The notes under the pieces: generated by a model | Seen by the model: the letters and a program-made list of their open reading frames with translations, nothing else | Told to the model about the DNA's origin: nothing | Database searches by the model: none | Assembly: GCF_009914755.1 (NCBI RefSeq) | Contig: NC_060930.1 | DNA: 64,000 bases | Reading direction: 5' to 3' (one strand) | DNA from: the human T2T-CHM13v2.0 reference genome, Homo sapiens | Shown: piece after piece, positions 1-15,261 of the stretch | Numbering within the stretch: position 1 is the first letter of the stretch | Layout: each line of letters starts with the position of its first letter | Position numbers and translations under genes: made by a program

Positions 1-2300
1 TATTCAACATAGTACTAGAAGTCCTAGCCAGAGCATCAGTCAAAAGAAAGAAATAAAAGGCATCCAAATTGGAAAAGAGCAAGGCAAATTGTTCGCCTTT
101 GCAGATGACATGATCTTACATTTAGAAAAGCTAAAAGACTACAAAAAAAATTCAAAAATGATAAATTCAGCAAAGTTGCAAGATACAAAATTAACATATT
201 AAAAACCAGCAGCATTTCTATACACCAATCCTGAAATATCTGAAAAAGAAACCAAGAAGACAATCTCATTTACAATAGCTACAAAAAAAACTAGAAATAA
301 ATTTAACCTATTAGATAGAAGATATCTACAAGGAAAACTACAAAACACTAATGAAAGTAATTGAAGAGGACACAAACAAATAGAAAGACTAATTCCATGC
401 TCAAGAATTGGAAAAATTAACACAGTGAAAATGACCACACTGCCCAAAGCAATCTACATATTCAATGCAATCCCTATCAAAATATTAATGTCGCTTTTAT
501 AGAAACAGAAAAAACAATTCTAAAATTTCTATGAAACTGAAAATGAGCCCAAATAGCCAAAGTAATTCTTAGCAAAAAGGATGAAGCTGGAGGCATCACA
601 CTACCTGACTTCAAAATATATTACAAGTGTATAGTAACCAAAACAGCATGGTTCTGGTATAAAAATAGACCCATAGACCAATGAAACAGAATAGAAACCC
701 CAGAAATAAATCTGCATACTTAACGGCCAGCTGATCTTCAACAAAGCCATCAAGAAAATACATTGGGCTGGGCGCAGTGGCTCACATCTGTAATCTCAGC
801 ACTTTGGGAGGCTGAGGAGGATGGATCACAAGGTCAGGGGTTGAAGACCAGCCTGACCAACATGGTGAAACCCCATCTTTACTAAAAATACAAAAAAAAA
901 AACTAGCTGAGCATGGTGGCAGGTGCCTGTAATCCCAGATATTCAGGAGGCTGAGGCAGGAGAATCACTTGAACTACTGGAGGAGGAGGTTGCAGTGAGC
1001 CGAGACTGCACCACTGCACTCCAGCCTGATGACAGAATGAGACTCCATCTCAAAAAAAAAAAAAAAAAAATACATTGAAGAAAGGACAGTCTCTTTGATA
1101 GTTGGTGCTGGGAAAACTGGATGACTGTATGCCAAAGAATGAGACTAGACCCCTATCTCTCACCACACACAAAAATAAATTCAGAATAGGTAAAAGACTT
1201 ACAAGTGAGACCTGAAACTATAAAACTACTTGAAGAAAACATAGGAAAAACTCTTCAAGACATTGGTCTATGCAAAGATTTTATAACTAAAACCTCAAAA
1301 GCACAGGCAACAAAAACAACTCAGCAGTAAAAAACCCAAAGCACAAGCAACAAAAACAGCTCAACAATAAAAAATACAATAATGCCATTAAAAAGTGGGC
1401 AAACGACATGAATAGACATTTCTCAAAAGAGACATACAAATGGCCAACAGGTGTATGAAAAAATGCTCAACATCTCTAATCATCAGGGAAATGTCAATCA
1501 AAACCACATCAAAATCACATGAGATGTCCTATTACCCCACTTAGAATGGCTATTGTCAAAAAAACAATAAATAACATGTTGAAGAGAATGTGGAGAAAAA
1601 AGAACTCTTATACACTGTTAGTGGAAACGTAAATTAATATAGCCACTATGGAGAACACAATGGAAGTTTCTTAAAAAAAAAATCAAAAAATAGAACTACC
1701 GTACAATTCAGCCATCCCACTATTGGGTATTTATTCAAAAGGAAGATAATTCAAGGTATCAAAAGGACAAATGTACTCCTATGTTTATTGCAGTACTATT
1801 CACAATAGAAGATATGAAGTCAACCTAAGTGTCCATCAACAGATGACTGGATAAAGAAAATGTGCTATACATACACAATGGAATACACAGAAAGACAAAT
1901 ATTGAATATTCTCACTCATATGTGGGAGCTAAAGAAGTTGATCACATAGAGGTAAAGACAGATATCGCAAACTGGTAAGATTGAGTGGGGGAGGATTAAG
2001 AGAAGTGGGTTAATGGATACAAACATACAGTTAAATAGAAGGAATAATTTATAATGTTGATAGTAGAGTAAGGTGAGACTATACAACGCATTTTTTAAAA
2101 GTTAACAACAATGTTTTGTATTTTTTTAAAGAGCTAGAAGAGAGGACTTGAAATGTACTAAACGCACAGAAATTATAAATACTTGGATAATTGATACCTT
2201 AAATACTTGATTTGATCATTACACATTCTATAAATGTAACAAAGATTCACATGTAGCCTATAAATATGTACACATATAGAGTATAAAAATAAAAGAAAAA
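1..2300 (+). mobile_element. Old L1 (L1MA-type), 3' half of ORF2 and 3' UTR, degenerate, split by an Alu
   Basis: Colinear with the L1 ORF2 C-terminal region seen at 31967-33790; L1M-type 3' UTR ending in A-rich tail near 2285-2300; many stops. Confidence 0.9.
766..1070 (+). mobile_element. Alu (AluS-like) inserted in L1
   Basis: Dimeric Alu with A-tail; TSD aaaatacattg on both sides. Confidence 0.95.
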
Positions 2301-2426
2301 CAGAGAGACCCGTCTGCAGTCCCTGCACTTACTTATGCTTCAGATGGTATTACTAGTTTCACACATGCCTTCACTCCCATGCTGTAATTGTAATACAATT
2401 TATAAGGTCATTTTCCCTATAGAATA

Positions 2427-2427
<1 letters not shown>

Positions 2428-2485
<58 letters not shown>

Positions 2486-2486
2486 G
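2428..2486. repeat. (TG)n(TA)n compound microsatellite
   Basis: Direct reading. Confidence 0.95.
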
Positions 2487-2531
2487 TATAAAATTATAAA
2501 GTTCCTATGTATAGATTATATGGAATAATAA

Positions 2532-3131
<600 letters not shown>

Positions 3132-3172
3132 TGACATTTCTAAATGTAATGTAGTTTCCTAAAATACAAAAA

Positions 3173-3415
3173 GCCAGCCTGGCCAACATGGCAAAACCCT
3201 GTCTCTACTGAAAATACAAAAATTAGCCAGGCATGGTGGCATAGGGCTGTAATCCCGTTACTCATGTGACTGAGGCATGAAAAATCACTTGAACCCAAGA
3301 GGCAGAGGTTGCGAGGTAGAGGTTACAGTGAGCCAAGATAGCGCCACTGCACTCCAGCCTGGGAGACAAAAGCAAGACTCTGTCTCAATTTTAAAAATAA
3401 ATAAATAAATAAATA
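3173..3415 (+). mobile_element. 5'-truncated Alu
   Basis: Starts at ccagcctggccaacatgg; (TAAA)n tail. Confidence 0.9.
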
Positions 3416-3428
3416 CAAAAAAGACTTT

Positions 3429-3730
3429 GGACGAGGTGAGGTGGTTCTCACCTGTAATCCAGCACTTTAGGAGGCCAAGGCAGGTAGATCACTTGAGCTC
3501 AGGAGTTTGAGACCAACCAGGGTAACATGGCCAAACTACATCTCTACACAAAATACAAAAAATTTAGCCAGGCATGGTGACACATGCCTGTGGTCCTAGC
3601 TACTCAGGAGGCTCAGATGGGAGGATCACTTGAGCCCAGGAAGTTGAGCCTGCAGTGAGCCATGGTTGCACCACTGCACTCCAGCCTGGATAACAGAGTG
3701 AGATACTGTCTCAAAAACAAACAACAAAAA
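3429..3730 (+). mobile_element. Alu (AluJ-like)
   Basis: ggaggatcacttgagcccagg J-type right arm. Confidence 0.9.
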
Positions 3731-3768
3731 TATGCAACATAAGAGAAAGTTTGGTGATGATTATATAA

Positions 3769-4125
<357 letters not shown>

Positions 4126-4305
4126 TAAGTTCAAAATTATCTCAAAAATAAATAAATAAATAAATAAGAAGCCATTATAGGCACTCTAACATCACCACGA
4201 TTGAGATCATAAGAGTAGGGTTTGGGTTGGGGGTACAGCTACATTTCAGATTCTTCCATAGCACCTGTCTGCTCTTCAGGCCCTCACTGAAGCTCTGAAC
4301 CTCAG

Positions 4306-6744
4306 GGATTTTTTATTTCTTCCTAGTTCAATCTTAGTAGGTTATATATGTTCAGGAATTCACCCATTTCTTAATAGGTTTTCCAATTTTTTGGCATATG
4401 GTTTTTCATAACAGTCTCTGATGATCTTTTGTATTTCTGTAGTATCAGTCGTAATGGCTCCTTTTTCATTTCTAATTTTACTTATTTGGGTCTTTCTTGT
4501 TTTCTTGGTTAGTTTAGCTAACAGTTTATTGATTTTATCTTTTCAGGAAACAAACTTCATTTTATTGATCCTTTTCTTAGTCTCTATTTTGTTTCATTCT
4601 GTTCTGATATTTATTATTTTTCTTTCTTTCTAATTTTGGGTTTGGTTTGTTCTTGCTTTTCTACATCCTTAGGTTGTTTATTTGAAATCTTTCTATTGTA
4701 ATGTCAGCATTTATTGCTACAAATTTCCCTGTTAGAACTTCTTTTGCTGTATTTCATAGGATTTGTTGTGTTGTGTCTCCATTTTAATTTGTTTTGATCA
4801 TTTTTTATTTCCTTCTTAATGTCTTCATAGACCCAATTATTATTAAGAAGCATGGTGTTTAATTTCCATATATTTGAAAACTGTACATTTTCAAAGTTCC
4901 TCTTGTTATTCATTTCTAGTTTTATTCTATTTTTATCTGAGTAGCAACTTGATATGATATTGACTTTGTTTTAATTTCTGAGACTTGTTTTGTGGCCTAA
5001 TATATAGTCTATCCTGGAGAATGTTCCATGTGCTGATGAGAAGAATGTGTATTTTGTAACTGTTAGATGAAATGTTCTGTAAATGCCTGTTAAGTCCATT
5101 TGGTCTATAATGCAGATTAAGTCTGATGTTTCTTTGTTGATTTTCTATCTGGATGATTTCTCCAAAGTTGAAAATGGGATATTGAAGTTCCTAACTGTAA
5201 TTGTATTGGAGTTTAATCTCTCTTTAGTGCTAATAATCTTTGCTTTACCTATCTGTGTGCTCCTATATTGAGCGCACATATATTTACAATTGATATATGC
5301 TCTTGCTGAATTGATCCTTTTATCATTATATAATGATCTTTGTCTTTTCATTGTTGTTGTTTTTTATGTAGAATCTAATTTGTCCGACATAAGTATAGCT
5401 ACTCCTGCATGCTTTGTCTTCCATTTGCATGGAATATTCTTTTCCTTCCCTTCGCTTTCAGTGTATGTGTGTCTTCACAGGCGAAGTGAGTTTCTTGTAG
5501 GTATCATATAGTTCAGTCTTGGTTTTTTTCCATCTATTCAGCCAGTCTGTATCTTTTAATTGGGGAATTTAAACCATTTATAATCAAGATTGTTATCAAT
5601 AGGTGAGGACTTGCTCCTGTCATTATGTTGTTTTCTGATTATTTTGTATATCTTTTGTTCCTTTCTTCCTCTTTTATTGTTTACTTTTATGATTTGGTGG
5701 TTTTCTGTAATGATAACTTGATTTGTTTCTCTCTCTCATTTGTGTATGTGCTCTACCAGTAACTTTTATATTCTCATGTGTTTTCATGATGTCAGATAGC
5801 ATTTATTTGCTTCCAGATGTAGGACTCCCATAAGCTTTTTTTGTAGATCCCCTCTAACAGTGATTAATTCCCTCAGTTTTTGCTTTTCTTATAAAGACTT
5901 TACTTCTCCTCATTTTCTGAAAAAAAGATAGCTGTACTGGTTATAGTATTCTTCTTAACTAGCAGGGTGTTTTTTTTTCTTTCAGCACTTTGAATATATC
6001 AACTCATTTCCTCCTGGCCTATAAGATATATACTGAGAAATATGCTGCTGGTCTGATGAGAATTCCCTTATGTGTGACTTGACGCTTTTCTCTTGCAGTC
6101 CTTAGAATTCTTCTTTGAGTTTTGATAGTTTGACTATAATGTGCCTTGGAGAAGACCTTTTGGGATTAAATCTATTTGGGGATCTTTGAGCTTCCTGTAT
6201 CTAGATGTCTATATCTCTCTGAAGATTTGGGAAGTTTTCAGTTATTATATTATTAAATAGATTTTCTACATGTTTCCCCATCTCCTCTCCTTCTGAAACT
6301 CCCAAAATTAAATATTTGTCCACCTTTTGGTGTCCTACATGTAACATAGGCTTTCTTCATTCTTTTTTATTCTGTTGTTGTTGTTTTGTCTGACTGGGTT
6401 ACTTCAGACCTGTCTTCAAGTTCAGAAATTCTTTTTTCTGCTTGATCTAGTCTATTGTTGAAGCTCTCCCTTGTATTTTTTTTTCCTTTCATTGAATTCT
6501 TCATTTCCAGGATTTCTGTTTGGCTTTTTTTTTTAATGATATCTATCTCTTTGTTGAATTTCTCATTCATATCATGAATTGTTTTTCTGATTTCCTTGTA
6601 TGGTTTATCTTTTATATCTCACTGAGTTTCCTTAAGATCATTATTTTGAATTTCTTAGGCATTTCATAGTTTTCCTTTACTTAGGATCTATTATTACAGG
6701 ACTATTATTTTCCTTTAGAAAGTCATATTCCCTTGCTTTTTATG

Positions 6745-6776
<32 letters not shown>

Positions 6777-7630
6777 CTTTACATTGTTATCTGCACACCT
6801 GATATAACAGTCACTTATTCCAAATTTATGGATTGGTTTTTATAGCGAAAGACTTTTTTCCTGTAAAAGTATCTATAGCATTGGTTGTGTAGTGTGCTTT
6901 GGTTTTGATTATGAGTGGATGCAGTAGTGTAGTCTCCATATGATTTCTTCAACTGTAGTCAACATCAGCAGTGTCTCTGAGTTCCTCAGTGGCTTAGGCT
7001 ACACTTGTTAGTGTTGGCTTTAGTGAGGCTCTGCTGGAAACTGGAACACCAGGCAGTCCAGTCCTCAGGCTCCTGGGAAGTGCATATAGGTATCAGCAGA
7101 AGCAAGCTGATCCTCAGGCCCCTAGATGGCACACATGGATGCCAGCAGTGGCAGTGGCAGTGGGCAGGGCCGGCCGATCCTCAGGCTCCCACACAGCATG
7201 CATGAGCACCACTGGTTGTAGGTGGTATGGACTGATCCTCAAGCCTTCAAACAACATGTGTAGGCACTGGCAGTGGTGGGCTAGGCAGGCCTGTCCTTAC
7301 GCTCCCAAACAATGTGTGTGAGTGGATCGGTCTTCAGGATGCCTGAAAGCATGCTCAGGTGCTTGTCCGTCCTGTCTCTAGAGTGGCTGGGGTTGCTGTC
7401 AGTAGCAGCAGCCCCAGGAAGGTAGCTCCCAGGCTCTGGGGATTATGCATTATGGCTCCTTTTGTCCTGGGGGAAGACTTCCTGGTGTGCTAGTCCACCT
7501 GTTCCCTGGGATATAGGACACTGCATTGGCTAGTGTGATGGAACCCCCTATGACACTGGAAAGGAAGGGTCCAGCTGGCATTGTGACATTGCAAACCCTA
7601 AATTGACATTTGAGAATGTCAGTGGGGGCT
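4306..7630 (-). mobile_element. Old L1M 5' portion (5' UTR, ORF1, ORF2 endonuclease region), broken at about 4306
   Basis: Minus-strand fragments resemble ORF1 (EILEMKNS..ESFNNRLDQAEKRISELEDR) and ORF2 (WKLNTMLLNNNWV; NFNIPFSTLEKSSR); (TG)n at 6749-6776. Confidence 0.85.
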
Positions 7631-9547
7631 AAAGGGATATTTGCTTTGCCTTTTTTTTTCTTCCTAACATCTAAAACCCTTCCTATATTGGAAGAAAACC
7701 CTATCTTGAGAGTCTTTGTGCAAGTTATACACTGATTATCACAACGAAACAGAAAATATCAGATTCTCAAATGTCTAACAATGCAGCCAGCCTGTGTACC
7801 TTATCTAAGCATAGATGTGTGTCCTCTGTTCAACCACTTAGAGCTACCAGGATTCTAAGTCAAAGGAGCAAGGATGCAAAGGAACAGGGATGGTGAAGAT
7901 TTCATTTTAGAGCTGGTAGCAGTGACTGAAAGTTCTAGTTTCCAGGGGTAAAAGTAGTGATGGTACAAGTCACAAGACATGGTGTCCCATGGGTGATATC
8001 AATGGGTCAAGCTACATCACCCAGTGTACAGTGGCAGAGGTATCTTTGTAAGGCCAGTTCTGTGTCATGCTTTTGGTTGTAGTTCAGTCTGTTACTCTTC
8101 ATTTCCAAGCTCCCTGATGACTCTGCAAGCTGTTCAATGTCTTTACAATTTCATTTTCTGTTTAAATCAACCAATTTGATTCTGTCACTGAGAACCCCAA
8201 TTTATACATATTATTTATGCAATTATAGAATTAGTTCAGTTCAAACGATTTAAGCAATAGTATTTTTTAACTTGAAATGTTATTATTTATGTATTGGCAT
8301 ATAATAGATTATTTAAGGCTGTTAAAAATTATTTAAAATAGTTAAAAGAGGGTTGGAAATAGTCATGACACATGCTATGATTCAATAAATGTAATGAACA
8401 TAGCAAGTAGTACACATTAAATAGTTATACTTTATGTCTATAAAGAAAATATTAGAACCATATTTTTTAAATTCAGTCAACAAAATGAACTTGAACGTCA
8501 GTGTCCAAGAACTACCAAAGAGAAAATTGCTCAATAATTTCATTATAGTGTGATTCATAAGATCTCACTAAAAGCACTGAAGTGTATTCTATATAGGAAG
8601 GTTTGGTGATCAGCTTTTTAAATTTTACTCGTGAAATAATAGGAATTAATACTGTCCCTTTTTACATCGATCAGAACCATGCACTGAAACTCAGATATAA
8701 CACAAGGCTTTCAAATTCTGGCCCTAGCCTATGTCAGCTTGATTGTGTCATTTAGCCTTAATCCTTATTCACCAATCATGTTTCCTGCAGTGATGTCACA
8801 CTGACCATTAACCATATGGGAGTCAATCTCCTCTCTCCCCTACATTCACTTATTCAGCCTGCTTTTGAGTTGAAAGTTTTTCCTTGTTGGATCAAAATAT
8901 TGCTTCCTCTCAAACATATGAGACATTTTCAGATTCACTTCTTGGTTTTAATGACATTATAAAATTTGTTTAATATAAAAGTCTTCAAGTTCCTTAATTG
9001 CAATAATGACTTGCCTATTCATATGAGTTATAAATATAATAGTTTGAATAATGTTAATTATGATTTTATACCAATAAAATAGTTGAAAGAAAACAGTCTA
9101 AGCTAACTCAGTATGTAGGCTTGCATAATTTTTTAATTAAGTCCTATTCACGTTTTAACCCGAATCTCCATAAAAGATTAGGCATTCAATTACATATTTA
9201 TTATTTCCTAGTTACTTTCATGAGTCTGAGATATGATCTGCCATTTAAGAGTTCCTATCACTTTGAATTATATGTTTATAAAACAGAAGAGTCAAAAAAT
9301 GTAACTTAAATAAATGTGTGTGTTTAAAAAGGAATTACCCAGCTCACAATTTTTCAACTTATAAATAAGCAGTCCTGCTCTACCCTTAGTTGCTTCCCTG
9401 TCACTCTCCATGTGATCTATAGTAGAAATCTAGGCCTGGCAGATGACAATGAGTAGGGTATGGGGAGCATTCCTACTCAAGCAGCAAGGAAGAGTATCAG
9501 AACTTCCTAGGAAAGGGAATGCTCTTTTGCAAAATATGAATGGTTAC

Positions 9548-10138
9548 TGTGGTAGGCAGAATTCTAAAGAGAGATCCCCCAAGATTTCCTTCCTTTGGTT
9601 ATTTAATCAAACTACTCTAGGTACTGCCGTGAAGGGATTTTGCTAATGCAACTAAAATCCCAAACCACTGATTTTAAAATACAAAGATTATCTGGGTGGG
9701 CCTAATCATATCCCATGAGCCTTTTAAAAGCAGTTTTCTCTGGCTGGCAGAAGGGAAATTCAGAGAGGTAGGAAGCCACTAGGATTCAGTGAACCATTGC
9801 TGGCTTGAAGACAGAGGAGGCCACATGACAAACAATGACAGCAACTTCTAGAAGCTGAGGGCAGCCCCCAGAGAACCACCAGCAAGGAAACAGGGACCTG
9901 AGTCCTACAGATGGAAGCCACATTTGGTCAAAAATCTGAAAGAGCTTGGAAATACATTCTTCCCCATAACCTCCATATGACAGCCCAGCCCAAAATCAAA
10001 ACATTGGTTTTGGCCTTGTAAGACCCTAAAAGAAGAAAACTCACCCTGACTTCCAAGTTATAGAACTATGAGATAATAAATAGGTGTTGTCCCTAAATTA
10101 GTGGTAAACTTGTTACACAGTAGTAGAAAATGAATACA
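9548..10138 (+). mobile_element. MaLR LTR (MLT1E/F-like)
   Basis: Starts tgtggtaggcagaattctaa and ends gaaaatgaataca, typical MLT1 termini. Confidence 0.75.
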
Positions 10139-10140
10139 GT

Positions 10141-10800
10141 GATAAAGGGCTAGAAATAAGCATGGCTTGGACTTCTCAGTAACGAAGCTGTAGTTTAGAA
10201 GAAAATGTAAGTTGCTTTTGAAATTCTGAGGAAAAGCAATTTCAAATCCAAAACTATCTATCCAGTCAAACTATCAAACAAATGTGAGGATATACCAAGA
10301 TATTCTGAAGACACAGTATTGTCATTATGAAGCCTTTCTGAGGAGGTTACTAGAAGATGTGCTCCTCTACAAAGAAAGTAAACTAAAAAAGAAGAAATCA
10401 TGCAGTTCAAGAAACAACAGATCCTACTTATAGAAGAAGTGAAAAGAGTTCCCATGATGATGGCTGTATACAAGGCCCACAGAGAAATCATTCTAGAGGA
10501 AAGCAGTTCTGAAGGCCTGGGAGAGATTCTTCAGAATGGTGGACATTGTAAGAATGCCTGGTGGGTCTGAATGTATGAAGAGGAGATTTAGACAACTGGC
10601 TGAGAGTTTAGGGCCAAATTGATTATTAGTATATAGAAAGACAAGTAAATAGAAAAGAAAAAGAAAAAAAAACCTGTTATTAGCCCAAAGGAAAACAAAA
10701 AGTTGTAGTACAGAAAAAAATACTCATAGAATGATATTTGGCAAAGGAATAAATAGCATTTATAGTTAAGATACTATAAGCACACATAATACTGTAAACT
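10141..10800 (+). mobile_element. Ancient L1ME/HAL1-like fragment
   Basis: ORF1 C-terminal-like motif caatttcaaatccaaaactatctatccagtcaaactatca; highly diverged. Confidence 0.45.
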
Positions 10801-11246
10801 TACAATGTGATAATGTGATTATGTTAGAAATGCATACCACTATCAGTATTTTGGTTTAAAGTCTTATGTGTTCATCAAAATCTACCATTGTCCTCTATAG
10901 CATTGGCTCACAGGAAACCCAATCATTGTTTATAACTTAATTTCTAAAGGAAAATAATTCTATGACCTAAATAAGAGATTTACAATTGCACTTTTGGAGC
11001 TGACACCATTATCCCACAAAAAAAAATAAATATTCCTTTAAAAAATTATTAGCAATATTATTATGCTAATGCTAAAAACATTAGCAATAGAAGGATGAAA
11101 CCTAGACTCAGAAATATATGTTTTGGGTTGGGTAATTCTTTGTTTCCTCTTTAACAGATTTTAGTAAGGTGGTTTCTTTTTTATTTCTTCTCTTTTACTT
11201 TTCTGTAAATTTAAAATTTTAAATGCGTATTCAATAACCTCACATC

Positions 11247-11720
11247 TGTGTCAGCTAAGATTGGGTTCATTTGGGAATAACAGAAAATCTAAAATAATAG
11301 TAGCTTAAACTAACTAGAATTTTATTTTCCGCCAAAAATAAAATTTAAAGACAGGCAATTCAAGATTTGTAGTGTATTCCAAAGACACAGTATCTTCATG
11401 ATGAGACCTGTCTTGGGAGGTCACTAGAAGTGTCAGAGATCCCTTTTCTTTATGTCTTATTACTCCACCAATCACAACCATTGCATTTTCCATATGAGCC
11501 AAGATAACGATAGGTAGCAGATATCATGTTCTCATTTCAGGCAGCAGGAAAGCCCTGTTAGGTGGTCATGCCCCTCACTTTAAGATTACAACCTTCTGCT
11601 TACATCCCACTGGTCTAGAATTAATCACATGGCGACCTTACTCCAAGAAAGATTAGGAAGTATTGTCTACTGTGGGCAGCCATTTGTTCAGCTAGAAATC
11701 ATGGGTTCCATAACCACAGA
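11247..11720 (-). mobile_element. Old MLT1-type LTR fragment
   Basis: aataacagaaaatctaaaataatagtagcttaaac and ctgcttacatcccactggtctagaa..tcacatggc motifs. Confidence 0.55.
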
Positions 11721-11933
11721 AGCAGCAAAGAATGGGCCAACCAACACTCTTTGGTCCAATATCTTTTACTTAAAAATTTTCTCCCACTTACTGAAAGACC
11801 ATCCTTTTCATAAACTAAATTTTCAAAACTAAATGGTCTGTTTCTGGATTCTATATTCCATTCTGTTGATGCATTTGTTGAATTTACACTAATTCTGCAT
11901 TGTTTTATTTACCAAAAATTTAAAGTATACTTT

Positions 11934-13130
11934 TGTGATATTGTGACATCGGAAATATCTATTTGGTCTCTGTCCCCGGTTCCTGGCACATAACTCCTAA
12001 AACTCTTCTAATTTCCTGAGCAATAGGGGTGCTAGGTGAATATTTCGTTCTAATAAGGTCTTTGACACAGAGCTCCCAATCCCTTGAAATTTCCTGGGTG
12101 ATAGGAGTGTCTCTTGTTTTAATGAGGCAACTCTTGGTGGGCGTCTGCATGGAGGTTGGTAACCAGAAAGACTAAGTCATGATTTAAAGCCTGGAACTTT
12201 TGAGCCCACCCCACCATCGTCCTGAAAGAGGAGAAAAGCTGGACATTGAGTTAATAATTGATCATATCTTCTTGAAAAAGCTTCCGTAAAAATCCCTGAA
12301 CAATGGGTTTGGAGAGCAACTGGACTGCGGAACACATGGAGATGCTGAGCCCTGGAGAGGACGTGGAAACTCTGTACCCCTTCCCCCATATCTTGCCTAA
12401 TGCATCTGGCTGTTCATCTGTATCTTTTATAATATCCTTTATAATAAACTGGCAAAAAAAAGTAAAGTGCTTTCCTGAGTTCTGTGAGCCACTCTAGTAA
12501 ATGATTAAATGATTTAACCTAAGGAGGGAGTCATGTGAATCCCAATTCATAGCCAGCCGGTCAGAAGTTCCCAGATTGCAGTTGGCCTCTGAAGTGGGGG
12601 CAATCCTGTGAGACTGAGCCCTTAACCTATAGGATGTGACTCTAACTCTAGGTAGATATTACCAGAACTGAATTGAATTATAGGCCTGGAACTTTCGAGC
12701 TCACCCCACCATCCTTTTGAAAGAGGAGAGAAGCTGGAGATTGAGTTAATGCTCGGTCATGCCTTCTTGAAAAAGCCTCCATAAAAATCCCTAAACAATG
12801 AATTGGGAGACCTATGGACTGCTGAACACATGGAGAAGCTGAGAGGGGTAGCATCTCCTGGCGAAGTATGAAAGTTCCAGTCTTCAAATCATGGCTTAGT
12901 CTTTCTGGTTACCAGCCTCCATTCAGATGCCCACCAAAAGTTGCCTCATTAGAACAAGAGGCACTCCTATCATCCAGGAAATTTCAAGGGATTGGAAGCT
13001 CTGTGCCACCAGAGACACCCAGTTGATGTTTGCTGGAGAATTAGTATGTGGGGAAAAATAAATCCTACCCATCTGGTGTCAGAAGTGAGGAACTGAGAAT
13101 GAGTGGTGAGTAGGAGAGGGAAAAACAATT
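11934..13130 (+). mobile_element. MER21-type LTR with internal rearrangement, inserted in an old L1 fragment
   Basis: Starts tgtgatattgtga..ttggtctctgtccccggttcctggcaca; contains ttcctgagttctgtgagccactctag; flanks resemble minus-strand L1ME. Confidence 0.75.
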
Positions 13131-14118
13131 CATGGGGCAAATCTTACTTCATTATTTCTTTTCAAAATTTCTTAGTTTTATGTATTTTTCCTTACTGATT
13201 AATTTTAAAACCAGTCTTTTTTAAAACAAAAAAAAGAACTCCAAAGTACTTTGAATTTGCATTAACTAAATATTTGGGGGAAATTGACATTTTTACAATT
13301 TGGAGGGTTATAATAATATGGTTTACTATTGATTTAGGTCTTCTTTGTGCTCTTCAGTTAAGTTATAAGGTCTAATTTACTGTTCAGACATATAATTTCA
13401 AGGTCTATGACTTTCCTGCTTCAGTGTCTTTTCTAATCCATCATTATTCCATCAGTTCATTCACTCATTCATTCTTTCATTCATTCATTTGTTTTCCAAG
13501 ATGGCTTTTTCCAGTATGCTTAAAAGGCTAGAGAGGTCTCTAAGATAAGGAACTGCTTATCTTACAGTGACACATTTCATGAAATAAGATAACTGATGCC
13601 AAAGTCTTTTGAAAATTTGGAAAATTACCACGTAAATATCTGTTCCATTCTTATACTCAATTAGTCACTAAGTGAAAACATGTAAGCTGAATCTCACAAT
13701 GACTAATGTTTCTGCAGCCTGCTTAAATAAGCGGTAACTTATTTAAAAATCCAAAATGCTTGCTAAGTCATATATGACTCATACAGCAGAGTCCATTAGT
13801 CAGGAATGACTTGTAGGGAAATATTCCTAATATTAGAAAAAGGTTAATTGTGTGAATAAGAAAATAAGATATAAGATCAAGTCTGCTTCTAGCTCTTGAA
13901 AATTTTCTTAAAATTGGAGGAGAAACTCCTTTCTCCAAGTAAGAAAAAAACAAATAAAACCACTGATTTATAACAAAAGAAAGCATAAATAAGCTAGTCA
14001 TTCAATATTAGCCAAGAGCTGAAGAATATAGTCTAACGTAAATACAGCAGCTCAGGAGACAATGACCTTGAAAACTAGCAGCCACAAAAGAAAGAACAGA
14101 CTAATATAAAAGTATGGA

Positions 14119-14401
<283 letters not shown>

Positions 14402-14650
14402 TCACAATGCAGGTCTACGAGCTCTTGGTGCGCATGGCATTCTAGTTTCTATTTTGATTTTTTAGTTAACGGCTCAACAAATATTTTGGAACATATCATC
14501 TCTACAAGGCACTAGTAGATGTTGAAGAGAGACAACATCTTATTGCACATCTGGCCTACAGTAATCTGCGTTTGGTAGGAGTCATGGAGCATTATTTAGT
14601 ATCTTAACCCAAAGTAGGATACTAACTACACTAGAAATGAAGATTTTTAC

Positions 14651-14798
14651 TTTTTTTTTTTTTTTTTTTGCTTTTTTAAAATAGAGGTGGGGTCTTGCTG
14701 TGTTGCCCGGGCTGGTCTCGAAATCTTGGCCTGAAGCAATCCTCCTGCCTCGCCTTCCTAAAGCACTGAGATTACAGGCATGAGCCACCACACCTGGC
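14651..14798 (-). mobile_element. Alu monomer (FLAM-like)
   Basis: Single left arm with T-run. Confidence 0.85.
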
Positions 14799-15261
14799 CA
14801 GAAGTATAGATTTTTAAAACTACGTAGTAAAGGCTTTCAAAGGGGAACAAGTTAATGCAAAGTTCTTTGGAAGAGTTAGCATTGGAATGCAGCCTTCAAG
14901 CAATCGAGAATTGTTCCTGTAAAGTTGAAGATAAGGAAAAGGGGGCAGAAGTCAAAGCACTGAGCTTACTGTGCACAGAAAAACAAGGTGAATACTCAAT
15001 TTAATGATGCATGAAGAAAGGAAGAGAAACAGGAGTCCTTTAGACCTTGATTTTCAAAGAGCTTCTTACATGCCATAGGCTGCCCTCAAACTTTTGGTTG
15101 TTTTGTTGTTATTGACTTAAGTAAGATAATAAACTTAATCAGAACTGTGCTTTGGAATGATTCATTAAGAAGCCACTCTGTAATGTAAATTGTGAGAGTA
15201 TTAAGGCAGAGACTGGAGACTGGGGGCTAAATTAGGAAATATTTGTAGCTGATGAGAAACA

